A stretch of 64,000 nt of DNA from Candidatus Binatia bacterium (lineage in GTDB: Bacteria; Desulfobacterota; Binatia; Bin18): positions 96,001-160,000 of the forward strand of contig OY761159.2 of the NCBI GenBank assembly GCA_963664395.2, in the 5' to 3' direction. Both the position numbers and the translations under genes were made by a program. Below are positions 60,580-64,000 of this stretch, in pieces. Numbering within the stretch: position 1 is the first letter of the stretch; every line of letters begins with the position of its first letter. Under the pieces are notes generated by a model that was given only the letters and a program-made list of their open reading frames with translations, was not told where the DNA came from and searched no databases.

Positions 60580-61695
60580 CTACCACATCTGCCGGAGCAG
60601 TCCGAGCAGCGCCTCCTCCCCACCCTGTTGGTTATGCCACAGGGAACTCTCTTTAATTACTTCCTCGGCAACGATAGACAGTTCGTCTTCTTTGGCACCG
60701 ACATCGCGCAGGCGGGTCGGTACGTCGAGCGACCGAATAAAGGCTTCAACCGTGTCAGCCGCTTCAGCCGCAACGGCCTCAGGACTGCGTCCGTTCATCT
60801 GAATACCCAGCGCCTCGGCAATCATGCCCTGCTGCTTCAACGTTTGCGGAGCCAGAAAGCGCATACAGTGTGGGATAGTGATGCACGAGGTCACCCCGTG
60901 TGGAACGTCCCAACGCGCGCCGATCTGATGCCCGAAAATATGACTTAAGCGTACCCCAACATTGGTCAATCCAAATATGGACAACCAGGCTGCGACCTGA
61001 CATTCACCCCGCGCTTCGAGATTATCGGGTTCTTCGATGGATACAGGAAGATACCGATGCAGCTTGCGGATTGCCTCCATAGCCAGCACGTCAGTCACCG
61101 GCTGTGGATTGACCGACCAAATAGCTTCAATGGCATGATCCATCGCTTTCATGCCGGTGGCGGTCCAGAGCTGCTTGGGCGTGGGCAGAGTAACTTCGGG
61201 ATCGAGAATCACTGTCTTGGGACAAATGCGCGGGTCCGTTCGCAGCCCTTTAACCCGTGTATCTTCGTCAGTGATGCCGGCGAAGGGCGTAAACTCACCC
61301 GCAGACAGGGTCGTAGAAATCGCAATCTGGGGCATAGCCTCTTGGGGCTGGCCCTCCTGGAGTAGTTCCATGGCCACAATCTTGGCCGCATCAATCGGGC
61401 TGCCACCGCCAAAAGCAATAATTGCGTCGGCCCGGACCTCCCGCGCTTGCGCGACTGCGGCGGCGACAGTCTGACTCGGTACATGTTGGCGGATACCGTT
61501 ATTCGTGCCGGCCCAGCGCTCACCCAGCAGGTTTTCCAGCTTTTTCACAAGATCGGTCTTGGTCGAAAGACTGTTGCCCGTCAGGACGAGCGCTCGTTTT
61601 TTGCCCAAGCGGTCCAGTTCTTCAGTGACTTTTTCCAGCGCTCCAATCCCAAAGATCACTTTCTCCAGCATGGGAAATTTATATTCGCGAATCAT
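60580..61695 (-). CDS. Iron-containing alcohol dehydrogenase (maleylacetate reductase-like)
   Basis: GGGSPIDAAK, TTLSAGE, DHAIE, H..GH..G...PHG. Confidence 0.9.
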   Translation of the reverse strand: MIREYKFPMLEKVIFGIGALEKVTEELDRLGKKRALVLTGNSLSTKTDLVKKLENLLGERWAGTNNGIRQHVPSQTVAAAVAQAREVRADAIIAFGGGSPIDAAKIVAMELLQEGQPQEAMPQIAISTTLSAGEFTPFAGITDEDTRVKGLRTDPRICPKTVILDPEVTLPTPKQLWTATGMKAMDHAIEAIWSVNPQPVTDVLAMEAIRKLHRYLPVSIEEPDNLEARGECQVAAWLSIFGLTNVGVRLSHIFGHQIGARWDVPHGVTSCITIPHCMRFLAPQTLKQQGMIAEALGIQMNGRSPEAVAAEAADTVEAFIRSLDVPTRLRDVGAKEDELSIVAEEVIKESSLWHNQQGGEEALLGLLRQMW

Positions 61696-61901
61696 GTTGC
61701 CTCCTTACGACTCTAGCTCTGCTTTGATTCTAATGCGCCGCCATTATTCGGGTGAGGCTTTGGGTTTGTCAATCGCTATGCGGGCATCTTGTCTGTACTC
61801 CCAGGGCTATGCTCAGGCATGACGCAGGCTTGCATGCCGAGGTCTTCTTCGACACAGTATATTCAACCCACCACACTTAATACACTTGAGGAGGACGACA
61901 T

Positions 61902-62681
61902 ATGAAACGGCCCCTGACATTATTGGCGCTGTTTGGCCTGTGGCTGATGAGTATGCCGGGTCTGGCATTCGACGAAAGCAAAATTATTGACCTGACGTAT
62001 CCGTACAATGAACACACCATCTCGTGGCCAACGGCCAAGCCGTATGAACTCGAAGTCGTGGCCGCGCGAAGAACGGACGCCGGCTATTGGTATGCGGCCA
62101 ATAATATCTGTCTGGCCGAGCATAGCGGCACCCATATGGACGCGCCGATTCATTTTGCGGAAGGAACGCGGACCATCAGCGAGGTGCCGGTTGAGCAGCT
62201 CATCGGTCCGGCGGTTGTGATTGATGTCAGCGCCAAGGCCGCTCAGGATGCCGATTACCGCGTCAGCGTGGCGGATATCCAGGCCTGGGAGTCCGTCCAC
62301 GGTGAGATTCCCACAGGAGCACAGGTGCTCATGTTGAGTGGCTGGGGAAAGTACTGGCCGGATAAAAAACGCTACCTGGGGACAGACAAGTCGGGTGATG
62401 TCGCCAATCTCCACTTTCCGGGCTTTTCACGCGAGGCGGCTGAGTTCCTTATCTCGCACCGCGAGATAGATGCGGTGGGCGTGGATACGCCCAGCATCGA
62501 CTCCGGCCAGTCGAAAGATTTTATTGTCCACCAGATTGTGAATGGTGCAAACAAGCCGGGTCTGGAAAACATCGCCAATCTGGATAAGCTGCCGCCACGC
62601 GGCGCAACGCTCATTGCCCTCCCGATGAAAATCGCCAAAGGCTCAGGCGCGCCGGTTCGGATTATTGCGATTCTGCCGTGA
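61902..62681 (+). CDS. Secreted cyclase-family (kynurenine formamidase-like) protein
   Basis: EHSGTHMDAPIHF, GVDTPSID, LENIANL; signal peptide. Confidence 0.92.
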   Translation: MKRPLTLLALFGLWLMSMPGLAFDESKIIDLTYPYNEHTISWPTAKPYELEVVAARRTDAGYWYAANNICLAEHSGTHMDAPIHFAEGTRTISEVPVEQLIGPAVVIDVSAKAAQDADYRVSVADIQAWESVHGEIPTGAQVLMLSGWGKYWPDKKRYLGTDKSGDVANLHFPGFSREAAEFLISHREIDAVGVDTPSIDSGQSKDFIVHQIVNGANKPGLENIANLDKLPPRGATLIALPMKIAKGSGAPVRIIAILP

Positions 62682-62766
62682 GAAAAATCAGGATAGCCGA
62701 TCCACCTGGGAACGTAGTGCATCAAGCTACAAACGGTCGAGTTTAGCTTCTAGTGTGTAAGGTCTT

Positions 62767-63420
62767 ATGTCCAACCAGAAACCTCTGACAGTGTATCTGG
62801 TCCGTCACGGAGAAACAGCCTGGAATGAAGAAGGACGCTGCCAAGGCGTTACGGATATCCCGCTGACCGATAAGGGCCTACGCCAAGCTCGGGCAGTGGC
62901 GAAAGCTCTTGAGCGCGAGCCCATTTGTCGGCTCCTCACCAGCCCATTGCAACGCGCTCGCGACACCGCCGCTTTAATCGCACACCCGCACGCTGTCTCA
63001 CTTGAGTGTTATGACGAACTCAAGGAGTGGGATCAGGGCAGATTAGAGGGGCTGACCGGCCCGGAGTTAATGAAAGACTATCCGGGCTTCTTTGAGCGCT
63101 GGCTTGCCGACCCAGCCGGGACTGCTCCACCGGGGGGTGAACCTTTGAAAGATTTACAAGAGCGCGCTTGGCCGATTCTTGACCGGCTGCGGCAACACGA
63201 TCCAAACGAGCAGACCGGGCCGGTTGTCGTAGTCAGCCACACACTTACGACCGCGGTCATTATATGCGCCGCGCTCGGTCTTGATCTCGCTCAGGTCCAT
63301 CGTCTCAAAATTGATCTGGCCTCGATCAGCCGCCTGATTTTTACCGAGTTTGGCCCTTTTACGATGTGGCGGCTCGCCGCACTGAATGACCGGCATCATT
63401 TGTCCACTGAGTTGTCTTAA
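62767..63420 (+). CDS. Histidine phosphatase family protein
   Basis: LVRHGET, SPLQRA, VVSH. Confidence 0.92.
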   Translation: MSNQKPLTVYLVRHGETAWNEEGRCQGVTDIPLTDKGLRQARAVAKALEREPICRLLTSPLQRARDTAALIAHPHAVSLECYDELKEWDQGRLEGLTGPELMKDYPGFFERWLADPAGTAPPGGEPLKDLQERAWPILDRLRQHDPNEQTGPVVVVSHTLTTAVIICAALGLDLAQVHRLKIDLASISRLIFTEFGPFTMWRLAALNDRHHLSTELS

Positions 63421-63693
63421 TCACAATCCCCGTAAGAGTCGTTCGAGGTCTTTTCGATCTATCACTCTCAAAATGACGATGGTCTGCCCGCGCTCCTCAA
63501 AAATCGACCGATATGTTCCGGTTCTGAGACGATAAAGTTCGTATCCCCTGAGCTTTCTAATCTTTGGCGGTCCAGGCCAAGTCGTTGTTTCGAGAATCGA
63601 GAAATCTTCGAGAATCTGCTTCCTTGCAGAGGGGGGAAGCTTGCGCAGGTCTCGGAGGGCACGCGGGGCGATCTCAACCAACCGTTGCGCCAT
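63421..63693 (-). CDS. RelE/ParE-family toxin
   Basis: KLRG..LYRLRTGTYR...VIDRKD; TAATG coupling to the antitoxin. Confidence 0.85.
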   Translation of the reverse strand: MAQRLVEIAPRALRDLRKLPPSARKQILEDFSILETTTWPGPPKIRKLRGYELYRLRTGTYRSIFEERGQTIVILRVIDRKDLERLLRGL

Positions 63694-63947
63694 TAGTCCG
63701 CCAACAGCTCTTTTGCCTGCTGGAGCGATAGGCCACCCTCTTCTTCGTATTCCTGCTTTGCTGCATCGATCTCCTCAAGAAAATGCGGCTGACTGAGAAC
63801 GAGATCGTCAATATCGTCTTCGGTCAGTTTCACCAGAGCAGCCTGCGGTTTTCCATGTTTCGTCACGATGACTTTCTCTCCTTTGGCCACTCGCTTGAGC
63901 ACCTCGGGCGTTTGAATCCGGAGTTCTCGAACACTGACAAATTTCAT
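63693..63947 (-). CDS. Phd/YefM-family antitoxin
   Basis: VSVRELR....VLKRV..GEKVIVTKHGKPQAAL. Confidence 0.9.
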   Translation of the reverse strand: MKFVSVRELRIQTPEVLKRVAKGEKVIVTKHGKPQAALVKLTEDDIDDLVLSQPHFLEEIDAAKQEYEEEGGLSLQQAKELLAD

Positions 63948-64000
63948 GCAACTATCCTTTATTATGTTACTCAAATGTTCAACTAGAACTAACATTCCGA

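Overview
GC-rich bacterial chromosomal window. The background is housekeeping and catabolic genes: maf-yggS-proC-yggT, tRNA-Val, TPP riboswitch-thiC, an RNase II-family nuclease, many flavin/F420-type, SDR and acyl-CoA enzymes, and two RelE-type TA modules. This gene mix, plus LRR, cadherin, FN3 and ankyrin proteins, resembles a host-associated (e.g. sponge) deltaproteobacterial/Binatia-like symbiont; that is inference only. The main unusual element is an accessory island at ~10.1-20.8 kb built from a repeated unit: a LuxR-type HTH regulator gene, then the palindrome CTATAA-TT-TTATAG ~20 bp after its stop codon (centred at -42.5 relative to a putative -10 box), then a cargo gene. The unit occurs three times, once with only the 3' end of the regulator left. 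The island encodes secreted proteins (plant-type LRR, cadherin) that end in a Pro/Gly linker and the same ~135-aa C-terminal domain (LENPG..SFQSG.G..SGWVC...WQQ..QNFVIT). A 2110-aa kexin-like S8 protease at 49-55 kb ends in that domain too. Direct repeats suggest genes are reshuffled by recombination through this domain. The protease has no recognisable propeptide, and the gene just upstream looks like a stand-alone propeptide/chaperone. A candidate structured RNA lies at ~298-480 (minus strand). All calls are from reading the sequence by eye; no searches were run.
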